Assembly: GCA_035497735.1 (NCBI GenBank) | Contig: DATJCX010000019.1 | Location: 4,405-68,404 of the forward strand | DNA length: 64,000 bases | Direction of reading: 5' to 3' | Source of the DNA: Brumimicrobium sp. | GTDB lineage: Bacteria > Bacteroidota > Bacteroidia > Flavobacteriales_D > Crocinitomicaceae | In this document: positions 9,126 to 17,690 of the stretch, one piece after another | Layout of the letters: every line of letters begins with the position of its first letter | How positions within the stretch are numbered: position 1 is the first letter of the stretch | Notes under the pieces: model-generated | Databases searched by the model: none | What the model was told of the DNA's origin: nothing | Seen by the model: the letters and a program-made list of their open reading frames with translations, nothing else | Translations under genes and position numbers: made by a program

Positions 9126-10259
9126 ATGCAAAAACGTACAATTGTCCATATGGATATGGACTCCTTTTTCGTCTCTTGTGAACGGCTTATCGACAGTCGT
9201 TTAGAAGGAAAGCCCATCATTGTTGGCGGGAAATCTGGTAGAAGTGTAGTTTCTTCTTGCAGTTATGAAGCTAGAAAGTTTGGCGTTCATTCTGCCATGC
9301 CTATGAAAGTAGCTCTCATGCACTGTCCTCAAGCGATAGTTGTGGAAGGAAACTATGAAACTTACTCCAAATATTCTCAGATGATAACAGAAATTATTCA
9401 TGAGTCGGCTCCTATTTATGAGAAAAGTTCCATCGATGAGTTCTACTTAGACTTTACAGGTATGGAACAGTTTTTTGGTACACAGAAATATGCAAAAGAA
9501 TTGAGAGAAAAAATCATTCGAGAAACAGGATTGCCTATTTCCTTTGGTTTATCTGAAAACAAAACGGTTTCCAAAATCGCTACAGGGGAAGCAAAGCCAA
9601 ATAATTCAATGAACATCGACTACGGACGAGAACGTGTGTTTTTATCTCCTCTTTCCATTCGGAAAATTCCTTATGTAGGCGAAAAAACATACCAAACCTT
9701 CACTGATTTGGGCATAAAGAAAATTCATACTTTACAAGAAATGCCAGTAGAACTATTGGAACAAATCTTCGGGAAGAATGGACGAACTATCTGGGAAAAA
9801 GCCAATGGGATCGACCTCTCCCCTGTTGTTCAATTCAACGAGAAGAAGTCCATTTCTGCTGAACATACCTTTGAAGTTGATTCCATAGACATCAACCTTA
9901 TTTTGGCTTACTTGAGTACAATGACGCAAAAGCTAATCTATCAATTGCGAGAAAGTCAAAAAGTAACAGCCAATATTTCTGTAAAAATCAGATATGCAGA
10001 CTTTCAAACACAGACAATGCAAAGGAAAATACATTACACAGCTTCCGACCACGTGATTTTACCGCTCGTTATGGAACTTTTCAAGCAATTGTACCAGCGA
10101 AGGGTACGCATAAGACTGATAGGCGTAAAACTGAGTCACCTCGTACAGGGTGGTTTCCAATTTAGTTTATTCGAAGACGATGGAAAACATGCTGAAATAT
10201 ACAAGGCAATGGATAGAATTAGAGGGAAATACGGATCAGGAAGCATACGTTTTAGTTAA
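9126..10259 (+). CDS. dinB: Y-family DNA polymerase IV
   Basis: HMDMDSFFVSCE and SIDEFYLD retain the catalytic Asp/Asp-Glu residues of DinB. 377 aa. Confidence 0.85.
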   Translation: MQKRTIVHMDMDSFFVSCERLIDSRLEGKPIIVGGKSGRSVVSSCSYEARKFGVHSAMPMKVALMHCPQAIVVEGNYETYSKYSQMITEIIHESAPIYEKSSIDEFYLDFTGMEQFFGTQKYAKELREKIIRETGLPISFGLSENKTVSKIATGEAKPNNSMNIDYGRERVFLSPLSIRKIPYVGEKTYQTFTDLGIKKIHTLQEMPVELLEQIFGKNGRTIWEKANGIDLSPVVQFNEKKSISAEHTFEVDSIDINLILAYLSTMTQKLIYQLRESQKVTANISVKIRYADFQTQTMQRKIHYTASDHVILPLVMELFKQLYQRRVRIRLIGVKLSHLVQGGFQFSLFEDDGKHAEIYKAMDRIRGKYGSGSIRFS

Positions 10260-10280
10260 ACGTAAAAACAAGGAAAAAAC

Positions 10281-13223
10281 ATGTTTATACACACCAAATA
10301 CAGCATCAATTACGGCATGAAGTCGCCCGAGGAAATTATCGATTGGGCGATCAATGCTGAGCTTCCCTTCCTTGTGGTTGCCGACATTAATTCTACCACC
10401 GCCTTAATCAGTAGTTTAAAATATGCCCAAGAGAAAAAGGTAAATGTTATTATCGGCGTGGATATTCGAAACACTATTCAGCCTTGTTACCATATCATCG
10501 CCGAAAATAACAGAGGTTTTCATGAAATAAATGAGTTTTTAACGCCCTTTCTACACAGTGGAGAAGCTTTTCCAGACCGAGCACCGTATTTTGCAAATTG
10601 TAAAGTTGTTTATCCATTAAGCAATAAACAAAGCGACTTACTAAGTCATGAACTAATTGGCATTCAGCCTCATGAGGTAAATAAAATTGCATTTCTAAGA
10701 GGAATTCCCAAAGAGAAACTCCTTGCCTTTCCTGTAATGACCTTTCAAACTAAAAGAGAATACAACAGTCATAGACTTTTACGTGCCATTCATTTAAACA
10801 TCTTACTTTCTCAACTAAAAGAAGAAGAGCAAGCACCACAAACAGAAGTTTTCAGAACGTTTAGCCAACTAAAATCAGCATACGAAACCGCTCCTTTCTT
10901 GTTAGATAGGCTACAGACTATTTTAGCGAGCTGTCACATTCATTTTAGCTTCGGAGATCAAGTAGAACCTAAGAACTTAAGCACCTATACAGGCAGTGTG
11001 AAGGAAGACAGGGCACTCGTAGAAAGTCTTTGCGAAAAAGGGAAAGCAATTCGATTTCTCCATGTCAATTTCGAGGTTCCCTCTCCAGAATCGCTTAAAG
11101 TAACACAGCGAATAAACCACGAAATCAATACGATAGAACAAAAAGGCTACCTTTCGTATTTTTTAATCACCTGGGACATTATCCATTTCGCCAAGTCCAA
11201 AGGTTACTTTCACGTTGGTCGAGGAAGTGGCGCCAATAGCGTCGTTGCTTATTTACTAGGGATAACAGATGTTGATCCGCTGGATTTGGACCTTTATTTC
11301 GAACGTTTCATCAATCTTCACAGAAAGAATCCACCTGATTTTGACATTGATTTTTCATGGACAGAAAGAGATGATGTTTTACAATATATTTTTCGCCGTT
11401 TCCCCAACACTGCTTTGATTTGCACTTATAACACCTATCAATACAGGAGTTGTATCAGAGAATTAGGAAAGGTTTTGGGCGTTCCAAAAGGAGAGATAGA
11501 CAAGTTGACCCGCATGAAAGGAATTAGCGAAGAATTAGATGAAGTTAGTCGCTTAGTTTTAAAGTACAGTCAATACATTGCTGGACTTCCCTCCCATTTG
11601 AGTATTCACGCTGGCGGTGTTATCATCAGTGAGAAACCGATTACTTGGTACAGTCCAACTTTTCTACCTCCTAAGGGCTTTCCGACGGTTCAGTTCGCCA
11701 TGTTTGAAGCGGAAGACATTGGTTTTTATAAGTTCGATATCTTGAGTCAGCGCGGATTGGGAAAAATCAAAGATTGCCTCAATGTTATTGCCTACAATCA
11801 ACCCAACGCAGAGGTTCATGACATTCATGATATAGAACATTTCAAAAAAGACCTAAAGATTCAAAATTTACTGCAAACTGGCGAGGCAATGGGCTGTTTT
11901 TACGTGGAATCGCCCGCGATGCGTATGTTGATGAAAAAATTAAAGACAAAGACTTATTTAGACTTAGTTGCAGCGAGTTCCATCATTCGTCCTGGCGTTG
12001 CTAGTTCAGGAATGATGCATGAATACATTCTACGCCACAAAGTACCTGAAAAGCGCAAAGAAGCCAACCCATTACTGCTTGAGTTAATGCCAGAAACCTA
12101 CGGAATCATGGTTTACCAAGAAGATGTGATCAAAGTAGCGCATCATTTCGCTGGTTTAAGTCTCGATGAAGCTGATATTCTCCGCAGAGGAATGTCGGGA
12201 AAGTACCGTTCTCTCAACGGACTGACGAGTGTTGAAGCAAAATTCTTCGACAACTGTAGAGAAAAAGGTCATGATGAAACGCTTATACAATCCATTTGGC
12301 ATCAAATTAAAAGTTTTGCTGGTTACGCTTTCTCTAAAGGACATTCGGCTTCCTATGCGGTAGAAAGTTTTCAGAGTCTGTACTTAAAAGCCTATTTTCC
12401 ACTGGAATATATGGTGGCAACGATCAATAACTTTGGCGGATATTACGAGACAGAATTTTACATCAATGAAGCTAGAAGGTTAGGTGCAACAATAGAAGCA
12501 CCGTGTATTATTAATAGTCACTGGCAAACAATTATCAAAGGAAAGTCGATTTACTTAGGCTTTCAGCATGTACTAGGACTCGATTACAAAGAAACAAAGC
12601 GAATTTTAGACTATAGAAATGAAAATAAAGGTATTTCTTCATTTCAGGAAGTTTTAAAAAAACTATATCCAACTTTAGAAAACTTGCTTTCACTTATCAA
12701 GGTAGAAGCTTTTAGAAACTTGGAAGCCAACAAGTTAAACTTAAAATGGGAAGCACATCTTTTTTATAAGAAAGCTAGTAAAACGAAGCAACAGCATGCA
12801 CTTTTTGAAATTGAATCAAAAGAATATGAGTTGCCAGAATTTGAAGAAACAATCACAGAATTGGCAAACGAAGAGCTAGAATTATTGGGTTTTAGTTTAC
12901 GCAATCCATTCAGCTTACTGCAGCAACCTATCTTAGAAGACAAACTAATTCCCATTCACGACTTGCATAAATACGAAAAGCAATTTGTTACGCTCTACGG
13001 CTATTTGGTTAGTGTTAAATATGTAAGAACCAAGAACGGCAAGCGGATGAATTTTGGTACTTTTCAAGATTATTGGGGAGAAATTTTTGACACGGTACAT
13101 TTTCCACAAAGCATTCAGCAATTTCCTTTTTATGGAAGAGGCGTATATCAACTTTTCGGGAAAGTCGTCAATGACTTTGACTATTACAGCTTGGAAGTTA
13201 TAAGAATGGAGATTTTAATTTAA
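10281..13223 (+). CDS. dnaE2: Error-prone DNA polymerase III alpha-type subunit (DnaE2-like)
   Basis: 980 aa, much shorter than a replicative DnaE1. Palm motif PPDFDIDFSW is present and a C-terminal OB fold can be read (FVTLYGYLVSVKYVRTKNGKRMNFGTFQD). The gene starts 21 nt after dinB. Confidence 0.8.
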   Translation: MFIHTKYSINYGMKSPEEIIDWAINAELPFLVVADINSTTALISSLKYAQEKKVNVIIGVDIRNTIQPCYHIIAENNRGFHEINEFLTPFLHSGEAFPDRAPYFANCKVVYPLSNKQSDLLSHELIGIQPHEVNKIAFLRGIPKEKLLAFPVMTFQTKREYNSHRLLRAIHLNILLSQLKEEEQAPQTEVFRTFSQLKSAYETAPFLLDRLQTILASCHIHFSFGDQVEPKNLSTYTGSVKEDRALVESLCEKGKAIRFLHVNFEVPSPESLKVTQRINHEINTIEQKGYLSYFLITWDIIHFAKSKGYFHVGRGSGANSVVAYLLGITDVDPLDLDLYFERFINLHRKNPPDFDIDFSWTERDDVLQYIFRRFPNTALICTYNTYQYRSCIRELGKVLGVPKGEIDKLTRMKGISEELDEVSRLVLKYSQYIAGLPSHLSIHAGGVIISEKPITWYSPTFLPPKGFPTVQFAMFEAEDIGFYKFDILSQRGLGKIKDCLNVIAYNQPNAEVHDIHDIEHFKKDLKIQNLLQTGEAMGCFYVESPAMRMLMKKLKTKTYLDLVAASSIIRPGVASSGMMHEYILRHKVPEKRKEANPLLLELMPETYGIMVYQEDVIKVAHHFAGLSLDEADILRRGMSGKYRSLNGLTSVEAKFFDNCREKGHDETLIQSIWHQIKSFAGYAFSKGHSASYAVESFQSLYLKAYFPLEYMVATINNFGGYYETEFYINEARRLGATIEAPCIINSHWQTIIKGKSIYLGFQHVLGLDYKETKRILDYRNENKGISSFQEVLKKLYPTLENLLSLIKVEAFRNLEANKLNLKWEAHLFYKKASKTKQQHALFEIESKEYELPEFEETITELANEELELLGFSLRNPFSLLQQPILEDKLIPIHDLHKYEKQFVTLYGYLVSVKYVRTKNGKRMNFGTFQDYWGEIFDTVHFPQSIQQFPFYGRGVYQLFGKVVNDFDYYSLEVIRMEILI

Positions 13224-13482
13224 AAATTAGGATCTAGCAAAGTGCAATAAGGAAAAAAAATCCCCTAGTGGCAATTGTTGGAATCAATATTCCATCCTTC
13301 TCATCTTCGTCTAAGGGAGTTTGTCTATTGGAATATTCCAAATCTAGTCCCATAATGCCTTAGGAAACTCTTGTTTTATAATAACTTATAGCCTGATTAA
13401 GATAAATACAAGTCAGATTGCAAACTGACGAAAATAAAAAAAAAACAGCCCATACACTTACAATAAGAAAGGGAGGATTTGA

Positions 13483-14352
13483 TTATTCTCTATAAAAAAC
13501 CTGCTCTAAACTTCCGTTTGACACAGTGAAAGATAATACTTGATAACAATCTACAGCTTCTCCGTCTTTCAAAGCAGGCTTCCAGTTTTGCGGCATATCA
13601 TTCACTATTCCAAGTACTTGATTAGCCAGGGTTTCTGCTACACCTTTACCTTTAGTAATAATCATGAAATTACCAGCATTTCCATTACAGTCAACTGTAA
13701 AAGCTAATCCTACTCTAAAAATGGCGTTTTCAGCCCTTGTATCCGTTAAAGGATGTTTAGAAAAATACTCTTTCAATGCGGGAAGTCCACCTTCAAAACT
13801 AGGATTTTCATCCGGCACTGTGTGCGGTCCAACAGCGTCTATTAACAAGGCTTCTTTCTCAACGGCATATTGAATAGCTACGTTGCAAAAATCAACTTTT
13901 ACAATACTATCTGCTGGAAAAATGACTGGTTTCTTGATTTCATTGGCAGTTACAAAAGTAAAGCCAACCGGCGCCATTGGTTCTTCGTAATCATAACCGT
14001 TTAAGTATAAAGTTATCGGCTTTTCCAAACCACTGTGATAAACATCATACACATCTAAAAGTCCAACGCCCATCATAGCCGAAGCACTTTTGAAGGAACA
14101 GCAACTTGCTACTCTTCTAAACTGAACTTCTTCACCATTCGGACCACGTAAAGCACGCATATAAGCACTTTGATTGGATATTTTACCAACCTTGATTGAG
14201 AACTTATGATTGGGTTCAAAACCATATTTTTTCTTGGTAGAAATTTTGTTTAATATCATGCTCCCGTCCAAATAGAACTCTTGTCCATTCACCTGAAAGG
14301 AAACACATAAAAAAGTTAGAAAAAAGGCTGTGAATTTTAAGATTGAGTTCAT
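13483..14352 (-). CDS. Secreted hypothetical protein with a TonB-C-terminal-like domain
   Basis: Signal peptide MNSILKFTAFFLTFLCVSFQVNGQ. The C-terminal ~90 aa (FEGGLPALKEYF...VGLAFTVDCNGNAGNF...WKPALKDGEAVD) resemble a TonB_C fold. I do not recognise the N-terminal domain. Confidence 0.5.
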   Translation of the reverse strand: MNSILKFTAFFLTFLCVSFQVNGQEFYLDGSMILNKISTKKKYGFEPNHKFSIKVGKISNQSAYMRALRGPNGEEVQFRRVASCCSFKSASAMMGVGLLDVYDVYHSGLEKPITLYLNGYDYEEPMAPVGFTFVTANEIKKPVIFPADSIVKVDFCNVAIQYAVEKEALLIDAVGPHTVPDENPSFEGGLPALKEYFSKHPLTDTRAENAIFRVGLAFTVDCNGNAGNFMIITKGKGVAETLANQVLGIVNDMPQNWKPALKDGEAVDCYQVLSFTVSNGSLEQVFYRE

Positions 14353-14436
14353 ACTGGTTTTATTTCAAATGGTTTATACCTGAATTTTATACGCAATTTA
14401 TAAATTAATGTTCTCCTAAGCTAACTTTTACAAGTA

Positions 14437-14712
14437 CTAAAACCAATATTTATTCATTTCTCTAAGAAATTCTTTATCAGTAACGGGGAATTCTGAACCT
14501 AAAATAGCGTCGATTTCACATTTGGGGCAAAGGGCTGTTTCCTTTCCACTACGTTCCATTATCCAATCTATTATTTCAGTTGCCAAAAATGTCTCTTTGC
14601 AGTAAAAACAACCACAAATTTCGGAGCCTACAAGTTCAGCCTTATGAGATTTGCTTTTTGTATGAGCTGCTAATAAAAAGTCAGTGCCATATTTAGAGGA
14701 AGATGTATTCAT
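14437..14712 (-). CDS. Small CxxC...CPxC zinc-ribbon-like protein, function unknown
   Basis: 91 aa with no signal peptide. Cysteine pairs are ICGCFYC and CPKC. It is preceded by a terminator, so it is a monocistronic unit. Confidence 0.5.
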   Translation of the reverse strand: MNTSSSKYGTDFLLAAHTKSKSHKAELVGSEICGCFYCKETFLATEIIDWIMERSGKETALCPKCEIDAILGSEFPVTDKEFLREMNKYWF

Positions 14713-14770
14713 AAGTTGAAGAAAAAATATTTGTTTGACTAAGGTAGTAGTTTATTTTCTAAAAATGTTC

Positions 14771-14808
14771 AGAAAATAAAGAAAGCGTCTCAATTCGAAA
14801 CGCTTTCT
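14771..14808 (-). terminator. Rho-independent terminator downstream of gpmA
   Basis: 9-bp stem AGAAAGCGT/ACGCTTTCT with an 11-nt loop, followed on the minus strand by TTATTTTCT. Confidence 0.6.
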
Positions 14809-14831
14809 AGTTTTATCAATAGCATAAGGAA

Positions 14832-15422
14832 CTATGAAATCAAGTTCAAGTTCTCATCAAATTCATATTCTATAGGCTGTCCTGTTCCTAACTCTCGTTT
14901 TAGAATTTCTTCAGAAGAAAGTCCTTCAATGTACATAATCAATGAACGCAAGCTATTTCCATGAGCAACAACCAAGACAGTTTTCCCTGACTTTAATTCT
15001 GGTTGAATATTCTCTTGGAAATAAGGAATAACACGCTCATAAGTATCTTTTAAACTTTCTCCATTTGGCGGTTTTACATCATACGATCTTCTCCAAATGT
15101 GTACTTGGTCTGCTCCGTGCTTCTCAGCTGTTTCCGCCTTGTTTAAACCAGCTAAATCTCCATAATCACGTTCGTTTAGTGCTAGATTTTTAGTTACTGG
15201 AATATCCGTTTGACCAGTTACCTCTAAAATAAGGTCTAACGTCTTTTGCGCTCTCATCAATCCTGAAGTGAATGCAGCGTCAAATTTATACTTGCTTAAT
15301 CTTTCACCTGCTTCACGCGCTTCTTTTACTCCTTGTTCTGTCAAGTCAACATCTACCCAACCTGTAAAACGATTCTCAAGATTCCACTGAGATTGACCAT
15401 GTCTTACTAATACTAATTTCAT
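14832..15422 (-). CDS. gpmA: 2,3-bisphosphoglycerate-dependent phosphoglycerate mutase, short (196 aa) form
   Basis: [22 protein letters not shown] contains the RHG catalytic motif. HGNSLR is also present. The protein lacks the internal insertion and C-terminal tail of the 250-aa E. coli type. Confidence 0.85.
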   Translation of the reverse strand: MKLVLVRHGQSQWNLENRFTGWVDVDLTEQGVKEAREAGERLSKYKFDAAFTSGLMRAQKTLDLILEVTGQTDIPVTKNLALNERDYGDLAGLNKAETAEKHGADQVHIWRRSYDVKPPNGESLKDTYERVIPYFQENIQPELKSGKTVLVVAHGNSLRSLIMYIEGLSSEEILKRELGTGQPIEYEFDENLNLIS

Positions 15423-15451
15423 ACTTCTATGTTTTTAAAAATCACTTATTA

Positions 15452-16798
15452 TTAATGTCCTTTTTTCTTTAATCGCTGACCTTTCACCTCTTCGTTAAAA
15501 GCTCCATTGTCGTAAACTAAATTTCCGTTTACGAAGGTTTGCATTACTTTTCCGTGAAATTCTTGACCTTCCATTGGAGACCATCCACATTTGTAATGTA
15601 AACTTTCTTTGGTAACCGTCCAAACTTGATCTAAGTCCACAATTACTAAATCCGCTGCATATCCTTCACGAATAAAACCTCTGTTTTCGATTTCATATAG
15701 TTGAGCTGGATTGTGACACATTTTTTCTACAATCTTTTCTAAGGAAATCTTTCCTTGCTTGTAGAATTCTAACATCACGTTTAGCGAATGTTGAATCATC
15801 GGTGCTCCAGACATAGCATGAAAATAATTCCCGCTTTTCTCCTCTACCGTATGTGGCGCGTGGTCTGTCGTAATCAAATCAATTCTATCATCCACCAAAG
15901 CAGCTAATAATCCTTCCTTATCTTCTTTAAACTTAATCGCTGGATTCCACTTGATTTTAGAACCTAATCTTTCATAATCCTCTTGACTAAACCATAAGTG
16001 TTGCACACAAACTTCAGTTGTTATTTTCTTTTCTGCTAAAGGAATATCATTTCTAAAGAATTTGGTTTCCGCAGCTGTAGTCAAGTGTAAAACATGCAGT
16101 CGAGCATCATGCTTTTCTGCCAGTTTTGTCAATTCTTTTGTTGCTTGGTAACAAGCGTCAACGCTTCTAACTTCTGGATGCAATCTAAATGGAATATCCT
16201 CTCCATAGATTTTCTTATACTCATCTTCATTTGCGAAAACCACACCTTCCTTCTCTGAATGCAAGGCGATAATTGCTTCCGACTTAGCGAAAAGTTCATC
16301 TAGTTTATCCGTATTATCAGCTAGTAAATTTCCTTTCTTTGTGAAGTATAAACCATCGTCAGACAAAGCAAAGAATTTAGAAGTATCTTTTGACAAAACT
16401 TCATCCATGTTATCCATGTTGATTCCCATAAAGAAACCATAGTTTGCCAAAGACTTTCCTGCAGCATTCGTATATTTATCCTCTAAGATTTCCTCCGTTA
16501 AAACATTCGGAACTGTATTTGGCATATCCATGAAAGCCGTAACACCACCAGCAACTGCCGCACGTGTTTCTGTATTCAAATCTGCTTTATGTGTTAATCC
16601 TGGGTCACGGAAGTGTACTTGTCCGTCAATAATTCCAGGAATTAAGTATTTTCCTGTACCATCAATAACTAAATCTGCATTTTCGTCAGCATTTGCTCCG
16701 ATTTCTGCGATTTTACCATCTTCAATTAAAAGATTGTTTGTTGTGATTTCACCTTCATTGATGATCTGAATATTCTTAATAAGCGTACGTTTTACCAT
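15452..16798 (-). CDS. pyrC: Dihydroorotase (cyclic amidohydrolase family)
   Basis: 448 aa. The DGQVHFRDPG metal-binding HxH-type motif and the TTDHAPH motif are typical of long-form dihydroorotase/allantoinase. Confidence 0.75.
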   Translation of the reverse strand: MVKRTLIKNIQIINEGEITTNNLLIEDGKIAEIGANADENADLVIDGTGKYLIPGIIDGQVHFRDPGLTHKADLNTETRAAVAGGVTAFMDMPNTVPNVLTEEILEDKYTNAAGKSLANYGFFMGINMDNMDEVLSKDTSKFFALSDDGLYFTKKGNLLADNTDKLDELFAKSEAIIALHSEKEGVVFANEDEYKKIYGEDIPFRLHPEVRSVDACYQATKELTKLAEKHDARLHVLHLTTAAETKFFRNDIPLAEKKITTEVCVQHLWFSQEDYERLGSKIKWNPAIKFKEDKEGLLAALVDDRIDLITTDHAPHTVEEKSGNYFHAMSGAPMIQHSLNVMLEFYKQGKISLEKIVEKMCHNPAQLYEIENRGFIREGYAADLVIVDLDQVWTVTKESLHYKCGWSPMEGQEFHGKVMQTFVNGNLVYDNGAFNEEVKGQRLKKKGH

Positions 16799-16826
16799 TT
16801 AATCTTAGGGTTAAAAATTTCAGATA

Positions 16827-16834
16827 CAAAGTTA
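16827..16834 (-). promoter_or_regulatory. -7 promoter box TAACTTTG (minus strand)
   Basis: Plus-strand CAAAGTTA, 28 nt upstream of the pyrC ATG at 16798. Confidence 0.4.
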
Positions 16835-16940
16835 AACATTTAAGAGGAGAAAACAGGATGGAAGGAGAAGAATAAGGCTGTAATTTGTCAACATTTACTC
16901 AAAGAATGTTGATAGCTATCTTTTCCTTAAAAGTGTTCGT

Positions 16941-17690
16941 TTAATAAAACTGCAACATGTCCACAACTAAATTATAGAATCTATCTTCCGGTTGATACTT
17001 ATTGCTGAATTCTTTTTCAAATGCGATTCGCGTGTATGTCTTTCTGCTTTTTGATTCTGGAAGAATGGCCTTTAAGTCAGGATATGCATCATTTATTTTT
17101 GTTGCAAAATAAGTTACCGAACCATCTTCATACGCTAAACCCAAAATTGCGCCTGGTAAATCCCAGTAACTTTCCGGACCGATTGAAGGAACAAAATCTG
17201 TATCAAACCAAGCATAAATCGTGGTAGAATCATTGATTTTAGTAATCGCTTGTTTGGCAAATTTCCCTGCGATTTGCCTTTCTTTACTGGTGAACCTCCA
17301 TTCTCTTAAAGGCTGCTGGTCAATGATATTAAAGTATTCTCCTAACAAATTGATTTGCGTTTCAATCTTATTAGTTTCAAAATTCACAAGGGTAAATGTT
17401 TGAAAAGTTCTATTTTGATCTTTTAAACTTTCTGTATCTTCTGTTATAAATACACTTGCCGTATCATTGAAATACAATACTGCCTTTTCAAGCAAATAAT
17501 CCGCTTCAGTTTTCTTAGGTTTAACTCTCCTACCGCCATAGCTACCTTGTTGACTTGGTGAGGAAAAGCGTTTGTCAATATTCGTTCTAATTTCATATTC
17601 GATAGAACCGTAGGTAATTTGTCCAACCGCCTCAAAACTTAGAAGAACAGCAGCAAACAACAGTAGTGTTATATTCTTAAAATCCTTCAT
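16941..17690 (-). CDS. GLPGLI-family protein
   Basis: 249 aa with a signal peptide. The DLPGAILGL motif corresponds to the family's GLPGLI signature. It overlaps the upstream outer-membrane barrel gene by 14 nt. Confidence 0.7.
   Translation of the reverse strand: MKDFKNITLLLFAAVLLSFEAVGQITYGSIEYEIRTNIDKRFSSPSQQGSYGGRRVKPKKTEADYLLEKAVLYFNDTASVFITEDTESLKDQNRTFQTFTLVNFETNKIETQINLLGEYFNIIDQQPLREWRFTSKERQIAGKFAKQAITKINDSTTIYAWFDTDFVPSIGPESYWDLPGAILGLAYEDGSVTYFATKINDAYPDLKAILPESKSRKTYTRIAFEKEFSNKYQPEDRFYNLVVDMLQFY

Noticed and set aside
9126-10259. Considered calling this gene imuB, the catalytically dead partner of DnaE2
   Set aside because: The catalytic Asp and Asp-Glu residues of active Y-family polymerases are present in the translation, so dinB is the supportable call.
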